A stretch of DNA of 64,000 bases from Lama glama (Eukaryota): the NCBI GenBank assembly GCA_028534125.1, contig CM052816.1:92134001-92198000 (forward strand), written 5' to 3'. The position numbers and the translations under genes are program-made. How positions within the stretch are numbered: the first letter of the stretch is position 1; every line of letters begins with the position of its first letter. The notes under the pieces were generated by a model. The model was not told the origin of the DNA and did not search any database. It was given only the letters and a program-made list of their open reading frames with translations. Below, one piece after another: positions 49,931 to 64,000 of this stretch.

Positions 49931-52900
49931 GGGGTTCATCTTTCCTGTGAATGTCCTTGCATAAGACTCTTTTGTTCTTCACAAAACAAGGGTTCCGACC
50001 TCACAGAGGTTTAGCTAAAGGCCAGGTGCCCCCTAAATGGGGCCACGCAGCCAGGAAGTGGCCCATCACCAGGTCAGGATGAAAGGAGCTGCCCAGATGA
50101 AGACAAGGAGCCAACAGAAGGATGCTGACTTGGGGAAACCCACATTTTCCATGTCAGGGTAGGCCACACACTGCAAATAATTCTGTTATTTGCTGACTTG
50201 ACTTCCATATGTGGAAAGTCTTAAATATTTGTGTGAGGAAGGGGAGGAAAAAAGACCTCGGCAGAAGGTCTAGAAGATGCTTAGAAGAAAGTCTTCCAGA
50301 CACAGTGGTTCAAGCCCCATCCACGACTTTGGGGCCTTGAATGAACCTTGCCAACCACTCACCTTGGTGCCTCATTTTTCTACACCCTGGTTTGAATCAC
50401 TCCCATGAAACTTTCTCCACTGTGTCAGTCAGTGTGGGTTTCTTGTCACCAGAAGATAAATATGGATATACGCCTGGTATTGGTAGACACAATAGCAGAG
50501 GGGCCACCTTGGGGAATTCTGCTTGAGTCTTTGTTGCCCCAGTGTCCTCGGCTATAAAAATGCTTTAATGATATTTCTTATGTCATAAGATTATTAAGAT
50601 TAAATTAGTTAACATAAGTTGAGCAGCTGGAACAGTGTGCAGCACATAGGAAGCATGATATAAGAATTAGATATTAGATTATCTGCTATTTATTCATTTG
50701 TAGAAGGAAATGTTCAGCATATAATATAGGCTGGACAATGCTTATGATGCCAAAACACGATAATTGCTGACATTTACTGAGCATCTACTATGAACTGGGT
50801 CATGTTCTAAACACTTTACATGTGTCTCATTTAATGTTAGAGGAAAAAAAGAGAACTAGCTTACGATGATTGACAGCCATGTGCTAGGAAGATCTTCTCA
50901 TCTGCATCTTAGAGGTGGGAGGGTGAGAGAATCAGTCACTCATCCACAGTCACAGCTGGTACACAGCCCAGTCAGACATGCAATCAAGTGTGTATCATGT
51001 TTATGTCCTTTCCACTAGGTTCCTCCATGTAGTCATCATATGCATGTGAAGAATTGCTTTTCTACAGCACAAAAGCCTATGCAGACAAATGCTTTCCTGA
51101 AAAAAAAAAGTCTAATATTGAATAGAATTTTTAGAAGGAGAAAATGCATCTACGCATCAAAGGAAGAGGGCTCTGACCAACCACTTGTGGGCGTTTATGC
51201 CTGAGGATGGGTTTTCTTCAGCTGTTTTAAATATGCCTACGTAGAATTTAGAAAGACAAGGCACCTAGGTTGGCAGTGCTGGTCACAGCTCCAGAAATTT
51301 AGGATCTTAGGACAGGTCCACTCCTAACATTTACATCAGCCATAGACTTGCTACAGACATTTGAATTTAGTCCACTAAGAATCTGACAAAACCAACAGGG
51401 AAAGTTTCCAGTTACGTTTGGAAAAAATTCTTCCTTTTTTTTTTTTCATATTCAACCTAAATGCTTCTTAGGTTTCCAGAGTAGATTGTGTAATCCTCTA
51501 GTTTGTTTTTTGTCTTTGTTTTGGGCATCACTCAAGCTAGAGAGATAGGTTAAAGTTTTAAACCATGGAAACAAGCAACCTCATCTCCAGTCATCTTGAT
51601 GCTTCTCATGTGAGAGCCATATCCCTTTGGCCACTAGGGCTAGGATGGATGGGAAATCATTATAGCTGCCTTGGATTATCAGTAATAAAAGCTTTGTTAG
51701 CTTTCTCTGTCCTCATGCATCTTTGAGGCATAGGGTTCAGAAATGACTGCAGTTGTAGAAAAGAAGTCAAGGGTCTGAAATAAAACTGGGGAATATGGTT
51801 TTATTTCTCTATTCATGTCTCATTGACAGGATTAGTAGGTTTCCTATTCACTCCCAAATGATGGCTCCTTGTCTCCCCAGGCAGTAGAAGCCAGGAAATG
51901 GCATCTTTTCTAGGCATTCTCCATTCTCCTTCCCCTTTAGAGCCATCCTTCCTTGTCCCCACCAAACAAAAGTCACCAAATTTCCAGTAGAAAGAATGAG
52001 TAAGGGCTTCTGGTCAACCGCCTACTAGCTCCTTATAAGATACCTGACAACCCAGCTACACATTAGAATCATCTAGAGAGTTTTGTAAAAATAGAAATGT
52101 CCAACCCATCTCAGAGATTCTGACCTCATGGGTCTGAGGAGGTTCTTGGGCATCAGTGTTTTTTCCAAGCTTTCCAGGAGGTCCTAATGCAGAGCTGGTA
52201 GAGAGTCCCTGCCTGATCTGAAGGTCCCTGTTCCTCCGGGGGAATGCCTTGGTCAGTCTCTCCTTTTCATCTTGAAGTTTCTTTCTGCTGCTTCTTCTCA
52301 GGAGTCACTCATGGCTTTGCTTCTCAGCAGAGCTGCTTTGAGCAAGAGGCTGTTGGGACTGGGTGTCAACACTGACTGCCACAGCTGTTTGCCGGTTACA
52401 GCCTCAGATACAGGACCTATGAAGAGAAGAAGGAGCTAATGGACCACATGCCTCAAGCCTCGTGTAGATGGAGGGCCTCAGATGCAGACTCTTGGCCTCA
52501 TCCGCAAAGGACTGGATGCACGCAATTAGAGAGATTCGCTGGCAGGCGTGAAAGAACACTTCACGACAGTTTCAAACATGAATGCCATTAATAAACTGTA
52601 CCACCCACAGTGCATCATGAATTCATATTTAAATAAATCATATTTTAATAAATTTTAATAAAATTTATTTTGAATAACACAACTATAATACATTGTATTT
52701 GGGGGTATATTTGAAGCACGAGAGAGTTAAACTGAGAGCATTTTAAACTCATCATAAATTTTGCAACTCTCCTTCAGCTTTTTTGACTTTAAAATTTCTT
52801 GAGAGGTACAGCCCCGCCACATCTAGCCCAGCTCACAGACCTTACCCAAGTGTGGCCTCACTAGTCACAAGGGACAGAAAACTAAGCCAGTGGCTCCTCT

Positions 52901-53084
52901 ACCCCTCACCCCTTTCTGTTTAGGAATTCACAGTAGAGCCAGGGCCAGGGGTGAAAGAGAGAGACCACCCACCCAGGGCCGATATTTAAGGAGGCGCTTA
53001 CTTCCAAGTACCAACTCTGTACTTACACAACCCTGAGTGAGGACCTCCTTAAATATTGTACTGTGAGTGTTCAAATACTTCTTC

Positions 53085-53318
53085 TTTCTTTTAATTTTAT
53101 TGAAGGATAGTTGATTTACAATGTTTCAGGTGTACAACAAAGTGATTCAGTTATATATATACACACACATATATGTATAATACATATATGCATTCTTTTT
53201 CAGATTCCTTTCTATTATATGTTGTAACAAGGTATTAAATATAGTTCCCTGTGCTATACAGTAGGTCCTTGTCATTTATTTATTTTATATATAGTAGTGT
53301 GTATCTGTTAATCCCAAA
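53085..53318 (-). mobile_element. L1 3' end
   Basis: ttattgaaggatagttgatttacaatg...ttccctgtgctatacagtaggtccttg. Confidence 0.85.
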
Positions 53319-55409
53319 TGCACAGGTACTTTCTGAGCCAGCACACTCATGCACATTTAAGTGTACACACACACACACACACACTGGTCCAGCCATTCCA
53401 AAGCCAATGTGATGACAAGCTCCTGATGTAGCATATCCCACCAAACTGCCCCTTACTCAAAAGCATGTTTTGCATTTAAGAGACACATGTGATCTGTCAA
53501 TTTTCTATTATAATAACGAAAAATACTTTTAACCTTGCTATTGGACATTTGCAATCCTGAGCTGGTTGTAAGGTACACAGAGAAGAGGAAACAGAAAGTG
53601 TGTCAAAAGACTTGTTGGCATGCAGTGTCTGTCCTTGCTGACATACCAGCAGGAAAGAGCCACAGGGACTGTTGGCAGCAGAGCTACTGAGACCGTTAAT
53701 TATTCTTTTTGTTTTCATTAAGGGGCGCTTTCACAGAAGTTCAAATATATGGTGTTCTTTGAAATAGTGGAGATGATGAGAGAAAAGACCAAGTCTAATG
53801 CAGCCAAATAGAAAATTATATCTATAAGGACTTCAGCGATATGCCTGTGATGAATGCTTAGGTATTTCTCAGTGAAAAATATGAACTACAAGACAGCATC
53901 ATTCTGTTCTTCCTACAAAAATCAAAACCAAAAACAAAAACTTCTTTTAATTTAAGTCTTGAGAAGTCAACAAGGTTAACATTGCTTATGTCAGTTTAAT
54001 TTATTGCTTTAGGTCATCGCAAGTTCAATTGATTTCCATTTTGAAAGGACTCCTACATCCCTGTGTATATACGGAAACACATCACTAACAAGACAGCCCA
54101 CTTGATCTCAAGAACACTTACGCACTGTAGCAGCTCTCTGAAGAATGGCGGTTTCTTTTGCAGAGAAAAGAATGCTGTACCTGAAGAGGACATCGGAGGA
54201 AAAGAGCTAGTCTCTCTATTGAATCCCATACACACACCTCTTCTAGGAGGCCTGTTCCTCACCCACAAGTTCTTGATTCTGTCTCATCACTGAATAAGAT
54301 TTGTCCGAAAAATAGCTTAGAGAGTAATTCAGTGCAAAGGAGAGGGTAGGAAACAAGAGAGGGCAGGTCTGTTTCCTGTGAGTTGGCCAATGTCACTTCC
54401 AGCCCTACGACTCCTGTTTTGCTGAGGGTTGATACAGTTGAAGTTACTGTAGAAATAAATGATGTTCTAGAATTTACTCCTCTGCCCTTGCAGGAAGAAG
54501 AGCTTCCCCACCAATTTTTTTTTTTTAAATCAGACTCCAATTTGCTTTTCAATTGATGAAATGAGGGGGAAAAGTCCATTGTGGGAAAATTTTGCCTATC
54601 CACTGAAATTCCTACTTTCTGGTTCTTAAACTATCAAGTTTTAAAATTTGACTTCGTGAGTGACCGACGGGGTCGTGACTGGGAGGTAGCATAGCTTAAC
54701 GGCCATTTATGTCTACCACCAAGAATGTCACGTTCCCTGAGTTCAGATCACCGCTCTGCCACTCTTCTGCCCGGATGTCCTTCAGTGAGCCATGTAGCCT
54801 CTCTGTTACTCAGGTTCTTCATCTGTAAAATGCAGACAATCAAAACACCTACCTGCAACTACCATAGTAACTAATAATTCAGCATGTTAATGCTTACCAC
54901 GTGCTCAGCATCGTATCTCCCTTGAATCAAGGGCTCAAAATTTAGCTATTATGATGGCTACTATTACTAAGAATCCTTAGATTATTTGCCAGGAAGCAAG
55001 ATCCTTTAAAGTGGTCTTTAAAAAGATCTTTTATAAGTTATGCAAGAAATCTTTTTTTTTAAGTCTTTTTACAAGATTTTTTCTAAAACCACTTTCTATG
55101 CTAAAAAGCCTAACACTGATCCTTTGGGAAGAAGCTAAGTCCAATTCATTAAGACAGAATTTATTAGCAAACGTTACTGTTCATGCGTATCGTAGGTTCC
55201 AATTACACTAAAAGCTTCTCTGTTTTAACTCAGTGCCTTTTGTTAATGCTAACTGTGAATTTATGTGTTTCCCTAGCAACTGACCTGTGTTGTTACAAGC
55301 AGAACAGTATGGACCCAACCTTCTAAGCTTGAAGATGAAAGTCACTACTTTCAAAGAGAGGGGAGCCCTCAAAAAGAGAAGGGAAAAACAAACTCTCAAG
55401 AAACAGATA

Positions 55410-56425
55410 TTTTCATGTAAATATTCCTAAGGAGAGAAAGAAAAATGGGGGCATCAAAGCTAAAGGGAGATGACATGGAACAGATTTGTTCTGCATAATT
55501 AGTGCACCGTGTAAGCACAGCCAGGAATGTGGAAGTGCTGGCTATCACCATTCTCTTCCTGGCTAGGAATTAGGTCCATGTGATGCTCTTGGTTGAAAAA
55601 CTTCTGTCTCTCTTTCTCCCTCAGCAAAGCCACAAACATTATCAATATCACCTTAAATTTCATCCTATCCCTGAAATGATAGGAAACCTTGGGTAAAGAA
55701 AACAGAAGACACCTTGAAGTTAAAGAAACCAAGAAATGTGGGAAATTGCTTGCCTTCTGCTTGCAGGAATCTTTCTCCTCTCTAGCCAACCTCTCCCTCT
55801 CTCGAGAAGAGCAAAATGAATCTTTTTGACCGACCAGATGACAAAGCACTGCCATGGAGTGTGGCTGTCACTCAAAGAGGTGGAATATGGTAATACATAT
55901 GGCAGTACCTTACATGATACTCACGAGCTAATACACTGGCCATTTTAGATAACTGCCTAGTTGGCAAGAATCTGAAATCTATGATTCTATGTCCCATTTT
56001 GAATTTTCCTGCCCTACTACAGTTACTTTTATGTTACCAATCCAAGAAACGTGTTGAATATGTTAACATCACATTTCTATAAATCATGGGTTACATGAAT
56101 TTCCCTTTGAGTTACTGGATAGAAAAGTCCATGAGGAGTCTAAGGAATAATCAGTTCATTGTTGTCATGATTTTTACATTGTTGGCAATTACCATTGCTC
56201 GTAATTACGACCTATCGCTAGGTTCCACCAGCGCCATGTCAGGATTCAGGGAGAAATCAAGTCAAACACAGATTCTCCTGTAACTACTTTGTTAAGAAAC
56301 AAATACTATGGTTTTTTAAACTGCTTATGTTTTATTATTTATGTTTATGATTATGTTTTCACATAAATATCCCTAAGGAGAGAAAGCAAAATGGGCATCG
56401 CAGCTCAAGGGGAGATGACACGGAA
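55410..56425. repeat. ~70-bp direct repeat pair (55410-55480 and 56356-56425)
   Basis: ttttca..taaatat.cctaaggagagaaag.aaaatggg..catc..agct.aaggg..agatgaca.ggaa occurs at both positions. Confidence 0.85.
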
Positions 56426-59400
56426 TGAATTGGACCACTGCTGAGTCTGTTTCTCTATCGCAGATGAGCAGTGATGTTAAAATGATTCGCAGAGTCCCTT
56501 CCACAGCTGAAGACCCTGTTGTGCTACTAAGGAGGACTGGTACCTTCAGTTACTTGAGGCAAGAGGCTTAGCTCCAGAGTCAGGCAGACCGGGATCATAA
56601 GCTCCACTCCATCACTTACCACGTGCGTACGACCACAGAAAACTGCCCTCTTCTGAGGCAAAAAATATCCAGCTCCCAGAGTGTGGTTAGGTTTAACACC
56701 ACTGAAATAAGCATGGCTGTCAACAGATACTCAATAAATGTAACTTTTCTTCCTGCTAAAATCAGCCCCATGAAGTCCTCCTTAGTGCCATATGCCCCAA
56801 ACCCCAATTCCATTGTTTCTTCTTAACTTCCTAGGACAGGATGCACACCCAGACATTCCTTAAATGGTTCTTCTTAGACTATTGCTCCAACAAGCTTGGT
56901 AAACTGTAGCCCCTTTTCAGCTCATTGTGCAATGTCTGCATTAATATCGTGGCACTTTCTTATGTGGCTGACTCAAGAAAGGAATAGAAATTACTGATGT
57001 CAAATTGATTTACATTTTTGGGTTTCCTGTCTTTCCCTGATGGCTCCCAATCAATTAGTGGGTAAAAACTTTCTTTATAAATCCAAGATATGCTACCATC
57101 AATACTGTTATGATGATATCAGTTCCCTTACTAAGGTCAATTTAATAAATGAAGACACCACACTCACATCACAATTCAATGATTTTTAACAAGAACAATG
57201 ATTTTAACAAAAATGCCTAGCTTGAGAGAGGCTTTTTCTAGCCAAGCTTTCACATGAAAGCAAAACATGGCAAAGAAACCAGTTGGATTGTTCTGAGTGA
57301 TTAATAAACCACATTGGGCAGATCAATGATCCAAAGTTGAGAGTAGAGAGTTCCCAAACTGAGTAAGATGGCATTCTCATTCTATTCTGGTCTTCAGATA
57401 TTTTCTAAAAACACTTCAGTTCTGGGATAAATATAAGGTCCTTCCTTTGAATTAAAAGGTCCTTCCTTTGCATCTCTCTAGAAACATCACAGTTATCATG
57501 GGGAACAGACTTAGAAGTTTTACCAAACAAGGTAATGTAGCTTCTGGAAAAGTGATACATCAACACACGTCACATGTTTAGAATGAAGTAAGTAGTGTCC
57601 TTCCTTGACTCTGCCCAGGTGAGACCTTACCTGGAGCGTGGAGGGAAGTAGACAAGTGCAAGGTGAGTAGGAATAGGGGGAAACGTTAAGAGATGGCGGG
57701 ATTTAAAACCATGACATGTGAAGAGTTGACTTACTTCTCCACCAAGGCCAAGGTTACTGTTTCCTCTACAAGTTCTTTTGTCATCTCCACTTTGCCCCTT
57801 GCACTTCATGAGCTAGTTTGAGCCCCTCGTGTCTCTTCTTGTTATTGCAACACCTTCTCCTTCCCTCTGGACTCACTCCAGGCCAACACTGCCCCCAAAC
57901 AAGGTAATGGTCCAGAGCCCAGACTCAGGAGCCAGTCTTCTTTGGTGTGGCTTCTGGTTCTGCCACTTCTGGTATGTGACCTTGAGTAAATTGCTCAAAT
58001 TCCCCTTGCTTCCACTTAAGTGGGGGGTGATTGTATTTACTCCATGGGATTATTGAGAAAATGCAATGCATTCATGTCTGAGAAGCACTAGAACTATGCC
58101 TGCAGCCAGTGAGTGCCTTATTACTGACTATTCACGTAGGCTTTATGTCACTCTCTTTTTCCGGTATTGCCACTGGCTCATGTTGCTGAAAGACTGGAAA
58201 TCAAGCCCCTCCACGTGGCATTGGGGGCCACCATTGCTCTAGACCCAAACTAACTTTCCAGGTTTCGCTGAGGTCTATGCTTCAGATACACGCACACTCT
58301 AATCCATGTGCATTGGGCTGCCTGGCACTAGTCAAACCTGCCAAGCATTCTTCTAATCCCCTCTTACTGCCACTACTGGCTAAAGGCTCAGTTTCCCCAA
58401 AGTGCCTTTTAAAATACTGCATACTCTTCAAAGCTTGGATCAAATAGCTTGTTATCCAGAAATACAGTCTTCATGATCCCATTTAGAAAAATTATCTCAT
58501 TCCCTGTTTTTCTGGCCCTCTGTCACTCTATGACTGACATCATCATATTCACTCTTGTGTCCTCAGAGCGGGGAGCTGGGGAGAAGGCATAGGAGTACAG
58601 GGATGGGTCGTCAAAAATTGTCCCAGATCCTGCTCTGCGATGTTTCTGCTCTTAAAGGGGGAATATGCCAAGGATTCGCCTCTTTAAATATCAGGAGTAA
58701 AAGAAAGAAACAGAAGATGACCCCTAGAGCTGTTCTGTGTGCTAAAATCTGAAATAGCAAACGTCCTAAGAGGTGATGGTAACATATCTGACAGCTGTGG
58801 GGGCCCATGCCTTAAAAGAAGTAGCAATCGTGTTGAAATCATTCACATTTCCAACAACGAGGGGTTTAGTGTTGGATTTCCACTCAAGTGAAGGCAACTC
58901 TGACCCATGCAATATCTAAAGCATCTTCTACTTTGCATTCCTTGAATTATAAAACAGGACACCTTCTCACTGAAGCTATTGTATTGGAATCTTTCTTTCT
59001 GAAAGCATAGTTATCTCCAGCTACTATTAAATGTTAGAATCCTTAAATCTTACAGGACACTGGAGCCACTTTACAAACAAAATGGGTGCCCTGGACAGTT
59101 TCTACCTGAATGATCTACCATGGTGAAATTTGCTAACATATTGAAAGGAACAGTTGTTAGACGCCGTGGTAGCTTCACGCAACCAGTCAAGAAATAGCTG
59201 CCTTAAAGCACTTCTAAATTATTCTGATCCTTTCCTGGTGTTAAAATTTTACAAACAATTGGCAAAGATAGGCTTTGTTATGAAAACTTTAGTTCCAGTC
59301 ATCATTTTACAGGGTGATAAAGTGAGTTCCAATGGTGAGGGGTGGGGAAGGAACTAATCTATAATCAATACAGATCTTAGGAATCAAGTCTTGATAAGAA

Positions 59401-61094
59401 CAGTATGTCTTGATGTCAGAGACAAAGTACTGAGTTTTGATGTGTATAAACAAAATAACAGACCCCACACAGTCCACAATTAATCCCTGGAGTTTTTAGA
59501 AAACCAGAAACAAAAAATAATCCATAATTTTGAAATAGCTAAATACCCTCTACCCACCAGGCAGACTATGAGAATTTGGGTTCATAGATACCAGCCCAAG
59601 CCCAGGCTTTCCCATGCACGTCACTGCATCCTTACCCAGTAGGAAGCCCTTTTGCCAGTTGACCTGATTAATGAGCTAGGGCTTAATTCAGTTTGTGGAC
59701 CCACCAAGTGAAAGACAAGCATTTGCACTTCATTCAGCCTTGGGTAATCCTAAAGTTAGACCGCTCTTAACACGATAATCTATTAAGCACAGTTGCTCAA
59801 GTGTCTGTCCATTTGGGGGAAGAATTTATCAGGAGGCTGTCAGAGGAAAAGAACCCAAATGATGCTTCTCCAGACATCAAGCTCACCCCACAGATCTGAG
59901 AGGGGCTCCTGCCAAAGAGCCCACACCGGAGACGTGCCTACAAGCAGATTTATGGAGTGGGGAGACCACACTCGCTGAGAGGGTCTCAGGGCAGCCTCCT
60001 CACCTTTTCACAAGCTTTGGGTTTGGCTTCACCAACCCTGAACTCGCCTAGACGTTTACAGTGATCTATAGCCTCAGTCTGAAGTGCATCCAAAGATAAC
60101 TGCAAAGCCATCAAGTTTTATTCCTATTAGACTTCCTCTGGAATTTACTGAGTCCGCACTGGACTTTGGACAAAAATGACCTTGGTTTTCTTTGTCACAG
60201 GAACGTAGGAATCATAGAATTCACTCATTAGGTCCTTACAGACCATGATACAAAAGCCCAGTATTAAAGATTGAACCCGTTAAAGATTACATCCGATGTC
60301 AAGGTTCTAAGTGAGAAACATTTTCTTTGATGCTGAAGGTTAATGGAAGTGTAATGGAAACACTCACACATCCATAATTCTAAAGACACCCAGAAGAGGG
60401 ATGACTAGTCGCTGGTAATTGATTGTGTTTAGAATTCATGCCACAGAAAGAGAGCTGAATGTAGTTTACATTTCTTAAGATGCAAACGTAATGAGTCATG
60501 GGCTAACAGAGAGAGATGCTGGGTGACATCCTTGCAATAATACATTACCACATACATAGCTAGAGGGGAATGACAGACAGTGTTAGCACAGACAAGAAAA
60601 TATTTCATGGAGTTCGTGGGATTATTGCTCTATAAACTACTTGAGCTCTAGCCAAGGGGTGTAACAAGGGCGACTCACAGTGTCTTTTTCCCAACATGCT
60701 TTCGAAGTCCTTGTTTCAAAGCTCTTGGATGATGAGCACGGTATTAGATCTGCCAACCTTCTGCCACTGATGCCCCTTCAGCCCGTCAGCCACGCTCACA
60801 CCTTCCTTCCAACTAGAACAACGTTCTGAAACACTGCCATCTCGTGGCCACTCCCGGAGCGAGCAGGAGCGCTGGGCTCAGACACCAACCGCCCAAGAGG
60901 GAGCTTGGAGATCACGTTCACACACATGGGCGTTTTGGGGGCTGGGGAAGTTAATACACTCCAAAACGTGAAGTAACGTGCCCAAGGTGATTCATCTTAC
61001 TCGTGACATGTATTTACAATAGATTTCACTTTTTTAAAAGTATGACAGTTATTTCCAGCCTGCTAAGTGTGTACACAGCCAAGGCACCATGCTG

Positions 61095-61188
61095 GGAAAA
61101 ACAAAAGATGATCAAAGAAAGAGGAAGAGGAAGAAGAAGAAGGAGAAGGAGAAGGAAGAAGAAGGAAGGAAAAGGAAGAAGAAGAAGA
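61095..61188. repeat. (GAA/GGA)n purine-rich repeat
   Basis: Direct inspection. Confidence 0.9.
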
Positions 61189-61359
61189 ATCACTGCCCAA
61201 AAGAATTTTTCTGCAATGATTTAATAAAACAAACAGAGAAATATGTGTCAAAACAACACCTGCACGGAGGACACTCGGATGGTGATGCTGATCTGTGAGA
61301 TGAGTCCCGTACGTGGCATTCCAGAAAAGAGGGACAGCATTAGGGACCATGTCCCCCCA

Positions 61360-61860
61360 ATTGTTTATTTGGAAAATTTTCAATCTTTCAAAAAAGCTGA
61401 ATACATAATATCATGAAACACCTGTAATCCTGCCCTTTGGATTCACCAATTGTTAATATTTGTCTGTTTTATCTATTTTCCATCTACTTTTTTTTTCTTC
61501 TGAATGATGGGACAGCAAGTTGCAGTCATCATTAGACATCAGCCTGAAAAATTTTCCATTTATGTCCCAAGAATAAGGGTCCTCTCTATAACCAGGATAT
61601 CAATGCCACACTTGAGAAGATTAACATCAAATCAATAACATTACGTAATACAGAGTCGATATTTCAGTTGTTTGCAATTACTCCCCCAAAACATTTTTCA
61701 CACTTTTTCTTTTTCCTGATCCAAGCTTCACTCGAGGTTCACATGTTGCATTTGATTATTATGCCACCTCAGCTTCATCCAGGACACTTTGTCATTCATG
61801 ACACTGATGTGTCTGAAAAGTCCAGATTGTTTTCTGTATCATTTTCAACATTGTGAAGTT
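61360..61860 (-). mobile_element. Old L1MC-type 3' UTR fragment
   Basis: gattcaccaattgttaatattt...aagttgcagtcatc...ttcacatgttgcatttgatt. Confidence 0.65.
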
Positions 61861-62969
61861 GTTCACATATTTTGACTTCAGAGGACACTGCTCACTGATG
61901 TCACCTTCTCTCATGTCTGCTCTCATTTTCATTAACTATGAAACTATTTTTGATGGTTTCTAAGATGAGCCCTTGAGTCCCTCTGTGAGGAACTGAGAGA
62001 TAACTCATTAAACAGCCAGCCTGTCTATACCAGATCTCAAGGGAGCAACACGGAGGTCCTGGGACTGTCAGAAAGGGTAGGACAGGGGAGAGCCATTCTG
62101 CTCGTGTTTGGCAGTGACTCTCAGAGGCTCCATTCTCTTCTGCCATGTTCACACAAGCAGAAATGAAAAGCTGGTCCTCTTATTTTCAATCCCGTATTAA
62201 TGGATATTTCAAATAAAACTTATCTGTAAGGAAAATAACATTAATATGGTCTAAGCATGCAAAAGTAGATTGAAATCTATCAAATTTCAAAAACTACCCC
62301 ACCCTGTTTTAGATCCTTTTCCACCTTCTCAGTTGTGATCGTTTGCATCTGAGAGGGAGAACTCTTTGCTGCAGACAGTGGTGTATTTCCCATCACCATC
62401 GAACTGTGCGTCCGCCAACAGCCCGGTACCCAGTGCCTCCAGAGGGAGTTCTTGCAGGTTTGGCTTTGCGCTCACTTGCATTGTTGTTCGAGGTCTTACA
62501 TAAAATGAGACCCTGATAAGCCCCTTCAGTTATTTTATGGGTACATAACATAGAACTTACCAATATCAAGAGACCATAGACCCCCAATCTTGTCTAGTTC
62601 CTCCTACTCCCAGATTCTGTTCCATTTCCAACACCCCATCGCACAGTCCTCCTTGATTACTGCAGCCAAAATCTGATACCCAGATCTGGGAGGAAGGCTG
62701 TGCTGGCCCCGGGGACACGCTGCTTTTGCCAGGGGTCGTAACACCTACTTGTCCAGGGCCATGACCCAGGCTGAGAGTCGGTCTTTCCTACCTTTGGCAC
62801 TTAGTCAGGTTTTTTTTTTTGTAATGTTTGATTACCAAGTAATTAGAACCTAGCTATTCTGATTGGCTCTCTTTTTTCATGGAACTAAATTTCACAAGGG
62901 CACAAAATCACTCTCCCATAACAAGAGAAAGAGTGCCTACAGACTAATTAGAAGGAAAAAAGAAAACTG

Positions 62970-63160
62970 ATGAGCTCTGATTCTGGAGTCAAACCTACAT
63001 GAAATTCCAGCTAAACCAACCTATAGGTGGTTAATCTGGGAAAAGATACTTATCTCTCTAAGTTTCAGTTTTCTCATCTGTGAAATAGGAGCACTGATAA
63101 TACATCCCCTCTAGGATGCTGATAAATCTTAATGAGATAAAGTATATAAAATGCTTTCTT
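62970..63160 (+). mobile_element. MIR fragment
   Basis: tctggagtcaaac...ctctctaagtttcagttttctcatctgtgaaatagg. Confidence 0.75.
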
Positions 63161-64000
63161 TGTCAGGCTCCTTCAACTATCCCAACGCGCTTGATATGCT
63201 GATTTCAGTGGGTGGCAGCCATTGCTAAGATGACCCGAAAGACGCAGATTTCACTGCTTGGTGAGTTACCGTTAGGGAGAATGAATAGTAGAATTAGACG
63301 GGATTCTTTGGGAACTGGAAGGTGGTGGTGCAGAAATTCTTCATGGATGATAAAAGTTGTTACTTTGTGATAAAAATTAAAAGCCCGTAATAAAGGGCAT
63401 TGCGTACACATTGTCCAGGAACATTTAACAGAGACCTTTGCCAAGGAAGAGGAAATTTTAGTAAAGTGGTTCCACCTCACAGGATAAAGGACTATTTGGC
63501 CAGCAGCTGCAGGATTTCCTGACTGTGCTTGGCTGAACATTTGGCCTCAGCTGATAGAAGCACGTAGACCTATGTCCTAGCCAAAATGACAGAGATAAAC
63601 TGTCTCTCTCACTCTGAATTCTTCCAGAAGAAGTGGATTTGGCTCAATCAGCAGGTCTGGGTGCAAGATTTGCAGTAGGTGGGGGAGGAAAATGCACGGA
63701 GCATATGAGACACTCCCAGCTCCAGGGCGCTTGGCAGCCTCGCTTAGTCACACCTTCCTCCTCCCCTCCGTTCAGACTGGCTTCGCCAACGTCTCCATCC
63801 ATCATTTCGAGTCATCACTATCAACGGATGGGAGTGAACAGACAAGCTGACATTCAGTTTTTGGCTATTAGGTCACTTGTTCTGGGTATTGGAGATTTTC
63901 ATTAACTCATTGAAGTTGGACTCATTTCAGAAGTCTATCCTTGTGATGTTTGAGTGTTTTTCATCATCTCAATGTGGAATAGTCTCATTATTATTAACTT

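Noticed and set aside
54053..54603. Overlapping ORFs in unique DNA
   Set aside because: No recognisable protein similarity or convincing paired splice sites.
1..64000. CRISPR arrays, tRNA/rRNA genes, known miRNA hairpins, prokaryotic operons
   Set aside because: None recognised; the sequence is mammalian repeat-rich non-coding DNA.

Overview
AT-rich mammalian genomic DNA, probably camelid judging by the young L1 3' ends at 6765-6925 and 9116-9460. I found no intact protein-coding gene. Most of the window is old interspersed repeats (L1, L2, MIR, MaLR/ERVL LTRs, Tigger/MER82/Charlie), microsatellites and a few candidate regulatory or non-coding exon segments. Two things stand out. (1) In the first ~12.5 kb, the unique DNA between the transposons translates on the minus strand into heavily decayed but collinear motifs of a mononegavirus L polymerase (paramyxo/filo/rhabdo-like). 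It appears as two head-to-tail copies (~12483->4885 and ~4694->923). This is a candidate very ancient non-retroviral endogenous viral element (EVE), called by eye against remembered viral sequences, and it needs profile-HMM confirmation. (2) An RPP40 processed pseudogene at 10364-11129 records an exon-skipped transcript containing a MIR-derived exon. Repeat family names and boundaries are by-eye approximations.
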